DNA of 64,000 bases from Patescibacteria group bacterium. GTDB taxonomy: Bacteria > Patescibacteriota > Patescibacteriia > CAIXNZ01. Where the stretch lies: assembly GCA_041651155.1 (NCBI GenBank), contig JBAZJU010000002.1, positions 21,467 through 85,466 on the forward strand, given 5' to 3'. The position numbers and the translations under genes were made by a program. Under the pieces are notes generated by a model. It had not been told where the DNA came from. It ran no database searches and worked only from the letters and a program-made list of their open reading frames with translations. This document shows, in pieces, positions 18,972-28,887 of this stretch (position 1 is the stretch's first letter; each line of letters opens with the position of its first letter).

Positions 18972-19345
18972 CTGTGGATAACCAAATTTATATTTTTTAT
19001 TGAAAATGCTAGAATTTAATTAAGAGAAAGGAGGCATGTCTTTGAGAGAACATTTTAAGTCTAGGGCGCTAATGTATCAAAGACGTAAGTTTCTGGCGAA
19101 ATTCACCAAAATAAAAAAATGGAGGAGGTAGCAAAAAGATGTACCACATCCGCCATCAAAGACACGAAGAACTGAAACTTATTATGCTGAATCGCTGAAA
19201 GGAGGTGATCTTATATCTAAGGGGAAACACCCCTCATCAGGTTTAGCTGGTTTCAAATAAACCTGATGTCCACAAGAAAGGAGGATTGCCTCTACCTTTG
19301 CAGAAAAAACACCGCTCCGGATTTATTCGGAGCGGTTTTAATTTT
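18972..19345 (+). other. sORF/leader-like region with three strong SD sequences, ending in a terminator
   Basis: agaaaggaggcATG (31-aa basic sORF MSLREHFKSRALMYQRRKFLAKFTKIKKWRR), aaaggaggtgatc, agaaaggaggattgcc; hairpin ccgctccggatttattcggagcgg plus T-run at 19303-19345. Confidence 0.4.
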
Positions 19346-19357
19346 GAATATATTATT

Positions 19358-20542
19358 TTAAATTTTTTCTAGAATAATTATATCCCGCCAAATTAATTGG
19401 TTGGCTCTAAAGTACATTAATTCTTCCTTATTTAATTTTTTAAATCCTATTTGTTCTATTTTATTTATAATATCAAGCTTTGTATTTACATTTCTAAGAT
19501 GAAATACTGGGAAAATAATCACTATTTTGCCTTGTTTTCTAAGGATTTCTTTAAGTTCCTTAAAAGCCTTTAAATACAGCGAATCTAACACCTTTATAAT
19601 TGTTTCAATTTGGCTTAAGCTTTCATTGCCTTTAATTGGCGGCCCTAAAAATGGCTCGGTAATAATTGCATCTATGGAATTTGGTTTTATTTTTTGAGTT
19701 AATTTCTCAACTGGCAGGCTAAAAACCTGAACATTATTGGTGTTCAGCTGATATTTTTCTTTAAGCCAGTTAAGATTTTCTTTCGTATCCTTAATCGCTT
19801 TTTCACTTTTATCACTGCCTATCAGATTTTTATACCCCAAAATTAAGGCCTCCTGCAAAATAGTGCCAGAGCCGCAAAAAGGATCTAAAATTTGCGCATC
19901 TTCTTTTATTTGCGCCAGATTAATCATTATCCTCGCTAGCTTAGGAGGCAACATGCCAGAGACCTGATCGCGGCCAGGCCTGGTAAAATCCCTGGCCCCG
20001 AATTCTTCAAACGCCTGGACAGCCAAAGTTTGCCCAACCAAAATTTCAGTATCCTTAATTAAAAAACAAATTTCCGCTCCATTCTGAAGTAATTTATTTT
20101 TTTTGACTATAACCGATGATAATTCCATTTCTTTAGAAACAACATATCTAGAATTAACATTTTTCTCTTCGCGTAAAATTCTTTTTATTTCCATTGCTAC
20201 CGGAATTAATTTCTTTTGTAGCTTTTGCAAAGACACTTTTTTGTCTAGCAAGTATAGGCTAAAGCCGAAAAATACTTTGCCTTCGCCAAATTTAATTAAA
20301 TCAAAAAACTTTTCTTCAAATTTTTCTAAAGAAGAAATCGTGTCTAAAATTTTCCCAATCTTAACTGTTCCTCCCAAACGGTTATTAAGCCAGTTGACAT
20401 CTAATTCCTTTTCTGTTTCAATAATCAAGACTTTTTCTCCAAATTCTATATTCTTAATTCTAAATTCTTCAAATTCCAAAACAGCTTCAATTTCCGCCTT
20501 GGAGAGGATTGGATTTTTGCCTAGGATAAAATAGTATTGCAT
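19358..20542 (-). CDS. THUMP-domain RNA methyltransferase (RlmL/Trm11-like)
   Basis: SAM-binding motif LDPFCGSGTILQEA; start set at the internal Met preceded by TATAAT. Confidence 0.7.
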   Translation of the reverse strand: MQYYFILGKNPILSKAEIEAVLEFEEFRIKNIEFGEKVLIIETEKELDVNWLNNRLGGTVKIGKILDTISSLEKFEEKFFDLIKFGEGKVFFGFSLYLLDKKVSLQKLQKKLIPVAMEIKRILREEKNVNSRYVVSKEMELSSVIVKKNKLLQNGAEICFLIKDTEILVGQTLAVQAFEEFGARDFTRPGRDQVSGMLPPKLARIMINLAQIKEDAQILDPFCGSGTILQEALILGYKNLIGSDKSEKAIKDTKENLNWLKEKYQLNTNNVQVFSLPVEKLTQKIKPNSIDAIITEPFLGPPIKGNESLSQIETIIKVLDSLYLKAFKELKEILRKQGKIVIIFPVFHLRNVNTKLDIINKIEQIGFKKLNKEELMYFRANQLIWRDIIILEKI

Positions 20543-20976
20543 ATAAATTATTATACCATATAAAGAAAAAAGACCGCCTGAATTGTATGGGACAGTCTTT
20601 TGTATCAACGGAGCGACCCGCATATTTCCCAGGTATGGAATGAACCTTTAGGAAAAACAGCGCTAGCTTTTAAAAAACGCCACTAACTTTGATTATTGGA
20701 AATTGCTTAATTCAAGCCCATGTAAACACCAGGCAAGGGGAGCCTTAAGTGTTATATAACGCCCAGAATTTAAGTATCTTCTTGCGTTATCACATATCCA
20801 TAAAGGATTGTGGGTCGTACCCCATTTGTCATGGCCATTGCCTAGGCAATTTCCGCAAAGATAGTTTTGTTTTTAAAAAGCGTCCCGCCAACCCCATTTC
20901 CGAAGAAACGAGCGCCAGCATTCCTTAATACAGCTCTTCCGTTGATATTTACAGGTTAAATTATCTGCCTAAAAAA

Positions 20977-20998
20977 GTCAAGAACTTGACGCATTTTT
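20977..20998. promoter_or_regulatory. palindromic promoter/operator-like motif GTCAAGAACTTGACGCATTTT (copy 1)
   Basis: Inverted repeat GTCAAG/CTTGAC containing a TTGAC -35 on each strand; second copy at 26270-26294. Confidence 0.45.
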
Positions 20999-21245
20999 AA
21001 ACATAACTAATTATGAGTAAAAAAGCTTCCCAAGTTGCATTTTTTATAATAAGATTAAAGTAATTCACTTATAACATATAACTCGTTTCTGATACTAAAT
21101 CAAGCATTAAAGATGAAGTGTGTGCGCATAGAAACGAGTTGTAAGAAATGCTGAAGGAAAAAAGGTGTCAGCACATCGCACAACACGGGCTATCTGGCTC
21201 CGCCAGAGGAAAAATTTCATTTACTATTTATCTTTTCTCTCTTTT

Positions 21246-21803
21246 ATGAATAAATTTGATTTTGTCTTAGAGGAAATTAAAACGCTTACTAAAAATGCAA
21301 CGGACAAAACTGAGTACGATCATTCGCAGTCGGTTTGGCAGTGGGTTCTAAAACTTAAACCAGATGCGGACATTGCACTTCAAATCGCCGCCCTAGGCCA
21401 TGATATCGATAGAAGTTTTGAAGACTACCGAAAAATGAAGGCAAAATTTTCGACTTATGATGAATATAAAAAAGAGCACGCCTTATTATCCGCCAAAATA
21501 ATGTGTGATATACTAAAAAAACATAATTTTGACGAAACCACGATAGACAAGGTTAGGCACTTGATTGAAAATCACGAAATTGGCGGCGAGGGCGATGTTG
21601 AAATATTAATGGAAGCTGACAGTATCACGTTTTTTAACGATTTGCCACATTATCGCCAGACACATACTCAAGAAGAGACGACAGACAAAATCAAATTTAT
21701 GTACGATAGATTGAACGACAAAGCAAAATCAATGGTTAATCAGATAGATTTCAAAAATGCAGAATCCGCAAAATTATTTAAGGAAGCGATAAATAGTAAA
21801 TGA
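21246..21803 (+). CDS. HD-domain phosphohydrolase
   Basis: ALGHDIDR HD motif; start moved to the internal Met because the ORF N-terminus runs through a GC palindrome. Confidence 0.65.
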   Translation: MNKFDFVLEEIKTLTKNATDKTEYDHSQSVWQWVLKLKPDADIALQIAALGHDIDRSFEDYRKMKAKFSTYDEYKKEHALLSAKIMCDILKKHNFDETTIDKVRHLIENHEIGGEGDVEILMEADSITFFNDLPHYRQTHTQEETTDKIKFMYDRLNDKAKSMVNQIDFKNAESAKLFKEAINSK

Positions 21804-22023
21804 TTTTTTTCTGTCAACGCCCAAATTTCACTTCATTTCATTCAGTGAAACTTCAGATAGCCCGAAACGTTATATGAAACATGCTTTTCTTTTTACGGCT
21901 AACCTGCCGGCAGGCAGGCAGGCGCCTAACAATTTTCTTTGCGCGAATCTTGCGCGAATCTTGCGCGAACCGCTATTTTGTGATATAATGCCAGCGTAGT
22001 CTAAAAAATCCATACTTCATAAT

Positions 22024-23079
22024 ATGTTCAATCCGCAGTACAAGCTAACAAATAAAATTTTAACGAATATTACTGCCATTGCCGAGGCCAAAGGTATTAT
22101 TGAACGTGCCAAAATTTTACCCCAAAAAGAAATAAAATTGCGCCGGCAAGCCATTATCCGCATGACCCACCACTCTACCGAGATTGAGGGCAATCAATTA
22201 AACATGGGGCAGGTAGAAGCGCTTTATGCTAAAAAAAAAGTAGATGCGCCGGATCGGGATGTTTATGAAGTTAAAAATTATTTAAACGCTCTAAAATACA
22301 TAGAAAAAATTGCAGCTGATAAAAAACCGATATCTGAAAAAGTGATTTTAAAAATTCATAAATTAGTAACGGATAAAACCTTGGCTCCGCAATTTTCCGG
22401 CCGCTACCGACCAGGGCCAATTTATGTGGTGCGACGGCAGTTCGGCGTACCGCAAGAAACCCTATATACCGGGCCGGAAGCCAAACAGGTGCCAAAACTC
22501 ATGGCTGATTTTACTGCTTGGCTTAAAGATAGCGAAGCAAAAGAAATAAATCCGGTGATTGTGGCCGGGATTGCCCATTTGGAACTGGCTGCTATTCATC
22601 CGTTTAATGATGGCAATGGCCGTACCGCTCGCGCCTTGGCCACGCTAATGCTTTATCAAAGAGGATATGACTTCCGTCGCTTATTTGCTTTGGAAGATTA
22701 TTATAATACCAATAGACAAGCGTATTATAAAGCCATTAACGTGGGAAAAACGTATGACGAGCGGCGCACGGATATTACTTCGTGGCTCGAATATTTTATC
22801 AAAGGATTTAAAAAGGAAATTGATGAGGTGAAAAATAGGATTTTGCCATTATCCAACCGTCATATTGATGGAAAAATCAAGTCGCAAATTTACCTTACCC
22901 CTGAACAACTAAAAATTATTGATTTTTTGGATCAAGTCGGCCGTATTGCCGTCAAGGATGTAGAGGATGTTTTATCCTGCCCGCGCAGATCGGCACAATT
23001 GCAATTACAAAAATTGAAAAAGATCAAGATGATTAAGGCAACAGGTAAAGGAAAAAATACTGCTTATATTGCCAATTAA
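22024..23079 (+). CDS. Fic family protein (class II, internal inhibitory motif) with C-terminal wHTH
   Basis: HPFNDGNGRTARA Fic motif and N-terminal STEIEGN inhibitory motif. Confidence 0.9.
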   Translation: MFNPQYKLTNKILTNITAIAEAKGIIERAKILPQKEIKLRRQAIIRMTHHSTEIEGNQLNMGQVEALYAKKKVDAPDRDVYEVKNYLNALKYIEKIAADKKPISEKVILKIHKLVTDKTLAPQFSGRYRPGPIYVVRRQFGVPQETLYTGPEAKQVPKLMADFTAWLKDSEAKEINPVIVAGIAHLELAAIHPFNDGNGRTARALATLMLYQRGYDFRRLFALEDYYNTNRQAYYKAINVGKTYDERRTDITSWLEYFIKGFKKEIDEVKNRILPLSNRHIDGKIKSQIYLTPEQLKIIDFLDQVGRIAVKDVEDVLSCPRRSAQLQLQKLKKIKMIKATGKGKNTAYIAN

Positions 23080-23385
23080 AAGCGATATGGCTACAGTTTG
23101 CATTTGCCCATTTAATTCCCCTCCGCCCTTCCCGCCAGAGGCGGACACAGCGTCCAACCTGCCTGCCGGCAGGCAGGAACGGAAAAAGAAAAGTATAGCT
23201 GGCTACCCCTTCGACTCCGCTTCGTTCCGCTCAGGGTCCGCCCATATTGTTCGTCTTAAGATAATCAAGATATACTATAAATAACTAATTCAAAACGAAC
23301 AACATCAGATATCCCGAAACGTTATCGGAAATTTTATTTGCCCTTAATTTTATTTTAATTTTACCCTTTTAATCTAAATTTTAAT

Positions 23386-24849
23386 ATGCTAATTAACATA
23401 CATTTAAATCCCAAAGTAGCTGAAATAAAAGACCAAGAAGAAAAGTTCGATACCCTTATTTCGCCATCAAGCACCGTGGCGACTTTGCTTAATATTGAAA
23501 AGGAATTAGGGCGAAATGACATCATTGGAATTGATGAAGCATTTCCTGGCGAAGCTGAAACAAAAAATAAAATCAGAAGATTAATCGAAAACGATATAAG
23601 TGAAGGGAAAATTACCGCTCTACTTTTCACTTTATTACTTTACAATTCTGAACGCACGCTAAAATATATTGAAGAATTAAAACATGTATTCGGCGAAAAG
23701 ATAAAAATTATAATCGGCGGGCAGCTCGTCCCATTGGCGCGCGAAGCATATTTGAAAAATAAAAATATTGATGCGGTTTGTGTGGGCGACGCCGAGAAAA
23801 TCCTGCCAGAATTATTAAGAGATTTAGAAGTTGGAAATTTAAAAGGAGAATATGCGGGCTGGGTTATGAATGAAAAAGAGAAAAAGTTTTCTGGCGTTTC
23901 ATTTGATCATTTTTGGCAAATAAAAGAACGAATGGAGACGCAAAAAAAGGAAGTTGGATTTTCTCAGCTTACTATTCAGGGGCCTGGTGGTCCAGGATGC
24001 GCTTGGGCAATTTCTAGCATGAAAGGGCCATGCTCATTTTGCTCTTTGCAAAATGTTGAGGTGAAAAGCGAAATGACAATTGAGGAATATTTGGAAAACG
24101 AGAGAGTTCTTGAGCAACAATTTCATCCCGACCGTTTTTATGATGTTGCCAATCAATTTATACCATCTGTAAGTCCACATGAAAAAGTTGAATGGCTCAA
24201 AAAATATATTGAAATAAGAAAAGCCAAAGGCATAAAAGCTGAAAAATATGCTTATCTAACAGTTCCATCGGTCGATGCTGAAGTTGCTGAATTATTAAAA
24301 GAAGCTGGAATTTCAGAAGTGTATTTGGGAATCGACCATTTTAGCGAAGAGGCATTAAAGCAAGAAAATAAGTCATTTCGCAAAAGAGAGACTTTGGAAA
24401 AATGTCTAAATGCGCTCAAATCAAATGGAATAAGTTTTAGAGCAGGAATTGTTTTAGGCTCTGCCGAAGAAAGCTTGGAAACTTTAGAATCTGTACGAAA
24501 TGGAGTAAGATGGATGACAGAAAACTATAGGGATATAATAAAAGCAGTTGGAATTTTTCCAATTGAAATGCTACCAGGCTCGAAAGATTTTGAAAAAATG
24601 CGAGAAGCTGGACTTTGTCCTGGATTATTTGTGAAATTTGATGAAAGTGGATACTTATCACGAGATGAGCAAAGAGAAATGACAAATAGCTGGATTGATA
24701 GCCATAGCAATGTTTCAGCAAAAGAAGTTAGAGAATTTGAAACAGAAATGTTTGATTATCTAAAAAGCGAAGGTGTGTTTGGTTATAGTGTAGACAGGAA
24801 ACCAGAGCAGGCCAATGAATTTAAAGGGGTTGAGGGAAAATTAAAATAA
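23386..24849 (+). CDS. B12-binding-domain / radical-SAM-like protein with degenerate Cys motif
   Basis: N-terminal IIIGGQLVPLAREAYLKNKNIDAVCVGDAEKILPELL cobalamin-binding-like fold; core has KGPCSFC rather than CxxxCxxC. Confidence 0.5.
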   Translation: MLINIHLNPKVAEIKDQEEKFDTLISPSSTVATLLNIEKELGRNDIIGIDEAFPGEAETKNKIRRLIENDISEGKITALLFTLLLYNSERTLKYIEELKHVFGEKIKIIIGGQLVPLAREAYLKNKNIDAVCVGDAEKILPELLRDLEVGNLKGEYAGWVMNEKEKKFSGVSFDHFWQIKERMETQKKEVGFSQLTIQGPGGPGCAWAISSMKGPCSFCSLQNVEVKSEMTIEEYLENERVLEQQFHPDRFYDVANQFIPSVSPHEKVEWLKKYIEIRKAKGIKAEKYAYLTVPSVDAEVAELLKEAGISEVYLGIDHFSEEALKQENKSFRKRETLEKCLNALKSNGISFRAGIVLGSAEESLETLESVRNGVRWMTENYRDIIKAVGIFPIEMLPGSKDFEKMREAGLCPGLFVKFDESGYLSRDEQREMTNSWIDSHSNVSAKEVREFETEMFDYLKSEGVFGYSVDRKPEQANEFKGVEGKLK

Positions 24850-25177
24850 AATTGCCCGAATAATACTTGCTATCGCTCGTGAATTAATTTACATCAGCTA
24901 ACACGGCGTATCTGGCTGCCAGATGACCTACAAAATGAAATATCCATTTTTGACAAAAGAAAAATTGGAAACGCTGAAGGGCTCACTACGAAAGAAGACA
25001 TTAAAGCAGCAGATCAGATAATTGATAAAGTTATAGCAGAATTGGAAAAAACTTGTTAGTTTATTCCTCCGCAAAATTAAAATATTTTCTAAATCACATA
25101 ACAACTTCATTTTAAAAATACAAACTTTTTTATCTTTTAATTAGTGCTCTTTTGAGATTTTTGGAAAGAAAAAGCGT

Positions 25178-25205
25178 CTCCTCATGGAGACGCAATTAGC
25201 GGTCT
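25178..25205 (-). terminator. terminator for gene 25256..25657
   Basis: gcgtctcctcatggagacgc hairpin followed by a T-run on the minus strand. Confidence 0.6.
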
Positions 25206-25255
25206 TGGATCGTGAACGTAGGACTGTTTCATTTATACTTTTCCCAGCAGTTGTG

Positions 25256-25657
25256 TTATTTAACATTTTCCCTCTCAAACTTTTCGAAAAACTCTTTGAT
25301 CTCTTGAAACTTTTCCTTTTCTTCTGACGAATCCGTCAGAACCTGACCGAGACGAACGAGTTTCATGAAGTCCCTGTCGCAATCCATTGTCCAGTGGTAT
25401 GCGACAAACGCCGTAAATTTCTTGTCCTTGGCTTGCTCCATGATGAAGTTGAAACCTCCAAGATGAAAAGCCATTATGCCTATCAACTGGCCCTTCCCCT
25501 CGTCATCAAGATTCTCGGTGACGATTTTTTTGAAAACATCATAGTCGGCACTGGTGCCGCTTCTGGATTTCCAAAGGGCATCCTTTGCTTTGATTCGAAA
25601 TTCTTGCCTTTTCTTGAACTCTTCACTTTTTCTTTTTTTTGGGTCTGTTTCATCCAT
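25256..25657 (-). CDS. hypothetical protein
   Basis: ORF; start at MDETDP with SD aaaggagtgagagcATG. Confidence 0.45.
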   Translation of the reverse strand: MDETDPKKRKSEEFKKRQEFRIKAKDALWKSRSGTSADYDVFKKIVTENLDDEGKGQLIGIMAFHLGGFNFIMEQAKDKKFTAFVAYHWTMDCDRDFMKLVRLGQVLTDSSEEKEKFQEIKEFFEKFERENVK

Positions 25658-25765
25658 TGCTCTCACTCCTTTCTGATTTCGATTATCTGCCTTTACTAAT
25701 ATATCAATAAGCAACTTGAGATTTTTGGGAAGAAAAATGCCAAAACTGCGTAAATAAGATTGTGT

Positions 25766-26212
25766 TTAGCAGACATGTTCCAGCGTTTTTTGTTGACAGT
25801 CAAGTACGCACGCCTCGCCTTTGCCGATCAGTTTAGAACGCAGTTGAACTCCCAATTCCTGAATGGCAAAATATGATGGGAACTCGTCAACATATTCGTA
25901 GTGAGTAACTAGAATAAGCACATCAGCCTCGTCTTTGCGAGAACGAACAAGCTTGAGCGTGCCAGGCAAGTCTTCCCGATGGTCGCATTCAGACCACAGA
26001 ATCTCGTGCTCTTCAAAACCAATGCCGAGAACTGTACCAAGAACTTCTGCGCTCTCTTTGGCGCGCCCAGCGATTGAGGTGAAAAGAAGCACGGACGATC
26101 CATTTATAATTGCCTGTAATTTCTCACCGAGCGCTTTCATTTGATTACGACCACAATCGCTGAGATGAGGACCATAATAGTCTCCATGTCTTACAATTAT
26201 AAGCGTTTTCAT
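25766..26212 (-). CDS. histidine phosphatase family protein (SixA-like)
   Basis: LIIVRHG..LS..G phosphohistidine-phosphatase motif; SD ggaggtaaataATG. Confidence 0.65.
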   Translation of the reverse strand: MKTLIIVRHGDYYGPHLSDCGRNQMKALGEKLQAIINGSSVLLFTSIAGRAKESAEVLGTVLGIGFEEHEILWSECDHREDLPGTLKLVRSRKDEADVLILVTHYEYVDEFPSYFAIQELGVQLRSKLIGKGEACVLDCQQKTLEHVC

Positions 26213-26457
26213 TATTTACCTCCTTATAAATTCAGATTTGCTATAATCTTTGCACTTTTATATAGTTTTGTCAAGAAGAACTTGACGCATTTTAAAGTCT
26301 TTGCTAAGATGTATTTACAATTTAAAACACCCTTCCTACGCCCTCCGTAGCTTTATGCGGAGGAGGGCCATGCCCTTGACTTTATTTGTTAAAGGGTAAT
26401 GAAACCCGATTCCGAGGTTTCAACGGTGCGATTTCTAGTAGCTCTTGCTATTATTTA

Positions 26458-26485
26458 TGAAGTCCCGCCGTCGGGATTTTTTTTA
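26458..26485 (+). terminator. terminator/attenuator-like hairpin in the rpsF leader
   Basis: tcccgccgtcgggatttttttt. Confidence 0.5.
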
Positions 26486-26596
26486 ACCACGGATTTTTGC
26501 TCACGGATTACACGGATAAATTGGAACTGACTCACTGCAACCTTATACAACCTCATAAAACTTAATATAACTTAACATAACCTAACAAACCAACTT

Positions 26597-27118
26597 ATGA
26601 CCGACGAACAACAAGACGAAAAACTTTCACCAAGACTAGATCATTATGAATTGCTTTACATTCTCCCCATGTCTTACACGGCTGAGGAATTAAAGCCGAT
26701 TGTAGAAAAAGTCGCCTCCTTGATCAAAGAAAATGAAGGCACCATTACCAAAGATGACGATTTAGGCAAGCAAAAATTATCTTACACCATAAAACACAAT
26801 AGCCATGCTTATTATCTGCTTTATGAATTTGATTTGCCTAAAGCAAACTTACAAAAACTTAACCGCGCGCTTAGTCTGAGCAACGAAGTTTTGAGATTTA
26901 TTATTGTTAAGAAAAAAATCAAAACAGAAGCGGAAATTATCAAAGAAAAAGAATCTCAGGAAAGATTAGCTAAGAGAAAAGAAAAAGAAATAGAAAAAAT
27001 GAAAGCTGCCAAAGAAGAGGTTAAAGAAAAACCAAAGAAAGAAACCGGCAAAGAAAAAATCAGCCTTGAAGACCTGGATAAAAAGCTTGATGAGATCCTT
27101 GACACAAATAAACTATAA
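26597..27118 (+). CDS. rpsF: 30S ribosomal protein S6 (Lys/Glu-rich C-terminal extension)
   Basis: YELLYILPMS..KQKLSYTIKHNSHAYY bS6 signature; gene order rpsF-ssb-rpsR. Confidence 0.85.
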   Translation: MTDEQQDEKLSPRLDHYELLYILPMSYTAEELKPIVEKVASLIKENEGTITKDDDLGKQKLSYTIKHNSHAYYLLYEFDLPKANLQKLNRALSLSNEVLRFIIVKKKIKTEAEIIKEKESQERLAKRKEKEIEKMKAAKEEVKEKPKKETGKEKISLEDLDKKLDEILDTNKL

Positions 27119-27212
27119 AACTAAACGACTTTACAACTTAACAACCTTACAACTTAACAACATTCCTAAATAATTTCATAATTCATATTTCATAATTCAT
27201 AATTTTACAACT

Positions 27213-27677
27213 ATGAACCTAAACAAAGCCATGATCATTGGCAATTTAACCAGAGATCCGGAAGTCAGAACAACTCCCAGCGGAGTTTCAGTCGCCAGCT
27301 TTGGCGTGGCCACAAATTTTGTCTGGAAAGACGCTAATGGCCAGAAACAAGAAAAAGCAGAATTCCATAACATTGTTGCCTGGCGAAAATTAGCTGATAT
27401 TATCGGCCAGTATTTAAAAAAGGGGAGCAAGGTCTATATTGAGGGCAGAATGCAGACACGCGACTGGACCGGCCAGGATGGAATAAAAAGATACAGGACT
27501 GAAATTATTGCTGATAATATGATTATGTTGGACAGCAAAGGCGCTGGCTCTGGCTCTAGCTTCCAGGCATCCAGCGCGCATTCTGATTTACCAACCATTG
27601 AAGAACCGGCTCCGGCCCCAAAAATTGAATCAGAATCTGACAGCGATGAAATTAAGCTGGAAGATATTCCTTTTTAA
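27213..27677 (+). CDS. ssb: single-stranded DNA-binding protein
   Basis: OB-fold N-terminus [19 protein letters not shown] and acidic tail ending DIPF. Confidence 0.9.
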   Translation: MNLNKAMIIGNLTRDPEVRTTPSGVSVASFGVATNFVWKDANGQKQEKAEFHNIVAWRKLADIIGQYLKKGSKVYIEGRMQTRDWTGQDGIKRYRTEIIADNMIMLDSKGAGSGSSFQASSAHSDLPTIEEPAPAPKIESESDSDEIKLEDIPF

Positions 27678-27847
27678 AGCCAAAAAGCCACTAGCCATGA
27701 GGTATTTGCTATAGGTATTAAAAAATTCTTAGCACTAATGCCAAATGGCACTATGGCCTAATGGCTTTCAAATTTTATATTTCATAATTTCTGCCAAAGG
27801 CGGATCAGCCTCTGGCTGACATCACTCATAATTCATAATTCCACACT

Positions 27848-28078
27848 ATGCCTAAAGAAACCAACCCCTTAGAAAAACCAAGATATTGCTATTTTTGTGT
27901 TAATAGCATTAGAGATATTGACTATAAAGATGGACAGCTTTTACGTCGTTTTATTTCTTCATATTCCAAAATTGTTCCACGCAGAAGAAGCGGCGTCTGC
28001 ACCAAACATCAACGCAAATTATCAAATGCCATCAAACGAGCCAGATATATGGCGATTCTTCCTTATCTTCCAAAATAA
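27848..28078 (+). CDS. rpsR: 30S ribosomal protein S18
   Basis: YCYFC..IDYKD..LRRFIS...RRRSGVCTKHQRKLSNAIKRAR. Confidence 0.9.
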   Translation: MPKETNPLEKPRYCYFCVNSIRDIDYKDGQLLRRFISSYSKIVPRRRSGVCTKHQRKLSNAIKRARYMAILPYLPK

Positions 28079-28217
28079 AATTTAAAAATGGTTTTATAGG
28101 TTTTATAAGAAAATAGGTAAAAATGTTTTTTAAAAAATCCTTTTATCTCATGATCTTTTTCACATTTATACCTAAAAGCCTTTATAACCTCTAAAACCTT
28201 TTAAACCTATAAAAAAT

Positions 28218-28784
28218 ATGGCAACAATTTCTACCTTAAACGACATTAAAAAGGGACTCAATATTATCTATAATGGCGATCCTTACATTGTAATGGAGGC
28301 CAAATTTGTGCGCATGCAGCAAAGAAAACCTGTAATGCAAACAAAGCTTAAAAATTTAATTACTGGCAAAATTTTAGAATACTCATTTAAGCCAGGTGAA
28401 AGAGTTGAGGAGGCTGATATGGAAAAAGGCAAAGCTAATTATCTTTATAAAGACGATACAGCTGCTTATTTTATGGATAATAAATCCTTTGAACAATTTT
28501 CCATTCCGCTTGACCAAATCGGCAACAAGATCAAATTTTTAAAAGACGGGACTGATTGCGAAGTCTCATATTTTGACAGTAAACCAATTAATGTAAACGT
28601 GCCAATTAAAATGACTTTAAAAGTGACTTCCTCTCCTCCAGGCGTTAAAGGCGACAGCTCCTCAAATGTTTCCAAGCAAATCACTCTGGAAACCGGCGCT
28701 GTTATTAATGCCCCATTATTTGTCAAAGAAGGGGAAATGATTTTGGTAAATACTGATACCGAAGAATACGTCGGCCGAGCGTAA
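28218..28784 (+). CDS. efp: elongation factor P
   Basis: Three-domain EF-P similarity throughout. Confidence 0.85.
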   Translation: MATISTLNDIKKGLNIIYNGDPYIVMEAKFVRMQQRKPVMQTKLKNLITGKILEYSFKPGERVEEADMEKGKANYLYKDDTAAYFMDNKSFEQFSIPLDQIGNKIKFLKDGTDCEVSYFDSKPINVNVPIKMTLKVTSSPPGVKGDSSSNVSKQITLETGAVINAPLFVKEGEMILVNTDTEEYVGRA

Positions 28785-28786
28785 AA

Positions 28787-28843
28787 AATCGGTTTTGTCA
28801 TGGTGAGCATAGTCGAACCATCAAAACCGATTTTTTATTTACC
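28787..28843. terminator. bidirectional terminator after efp
   Basis: aaaaatcggttttg...caaaaccgatttttt long hairpin with A/T runs; a second hairpin plus T9 at 28851-28890. Confidence 0.65.
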
Positions 28844-28887
28844 AAATTTGAAAGGCGCCGGATTTCCGACGCCTTGGTTGTTTTTTT

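Noticed and set aside
20630-20975. 350-bp ORF-free, moderately GC-rich segment
   Set aside because: No recognisable RNA motif, promoter or coding frame could be supported. It is possibly a decayed gene and is left unannotated.
24850-25110. Small ORFs (28-60 aa) between the radical-SAM-like gene and gene 25256
   Set aside because: They have no SD. They are interrupted by a TCTGGCTGCCAGA palindrome and have frame-inconsistent starts. They are possibly gene remnants.
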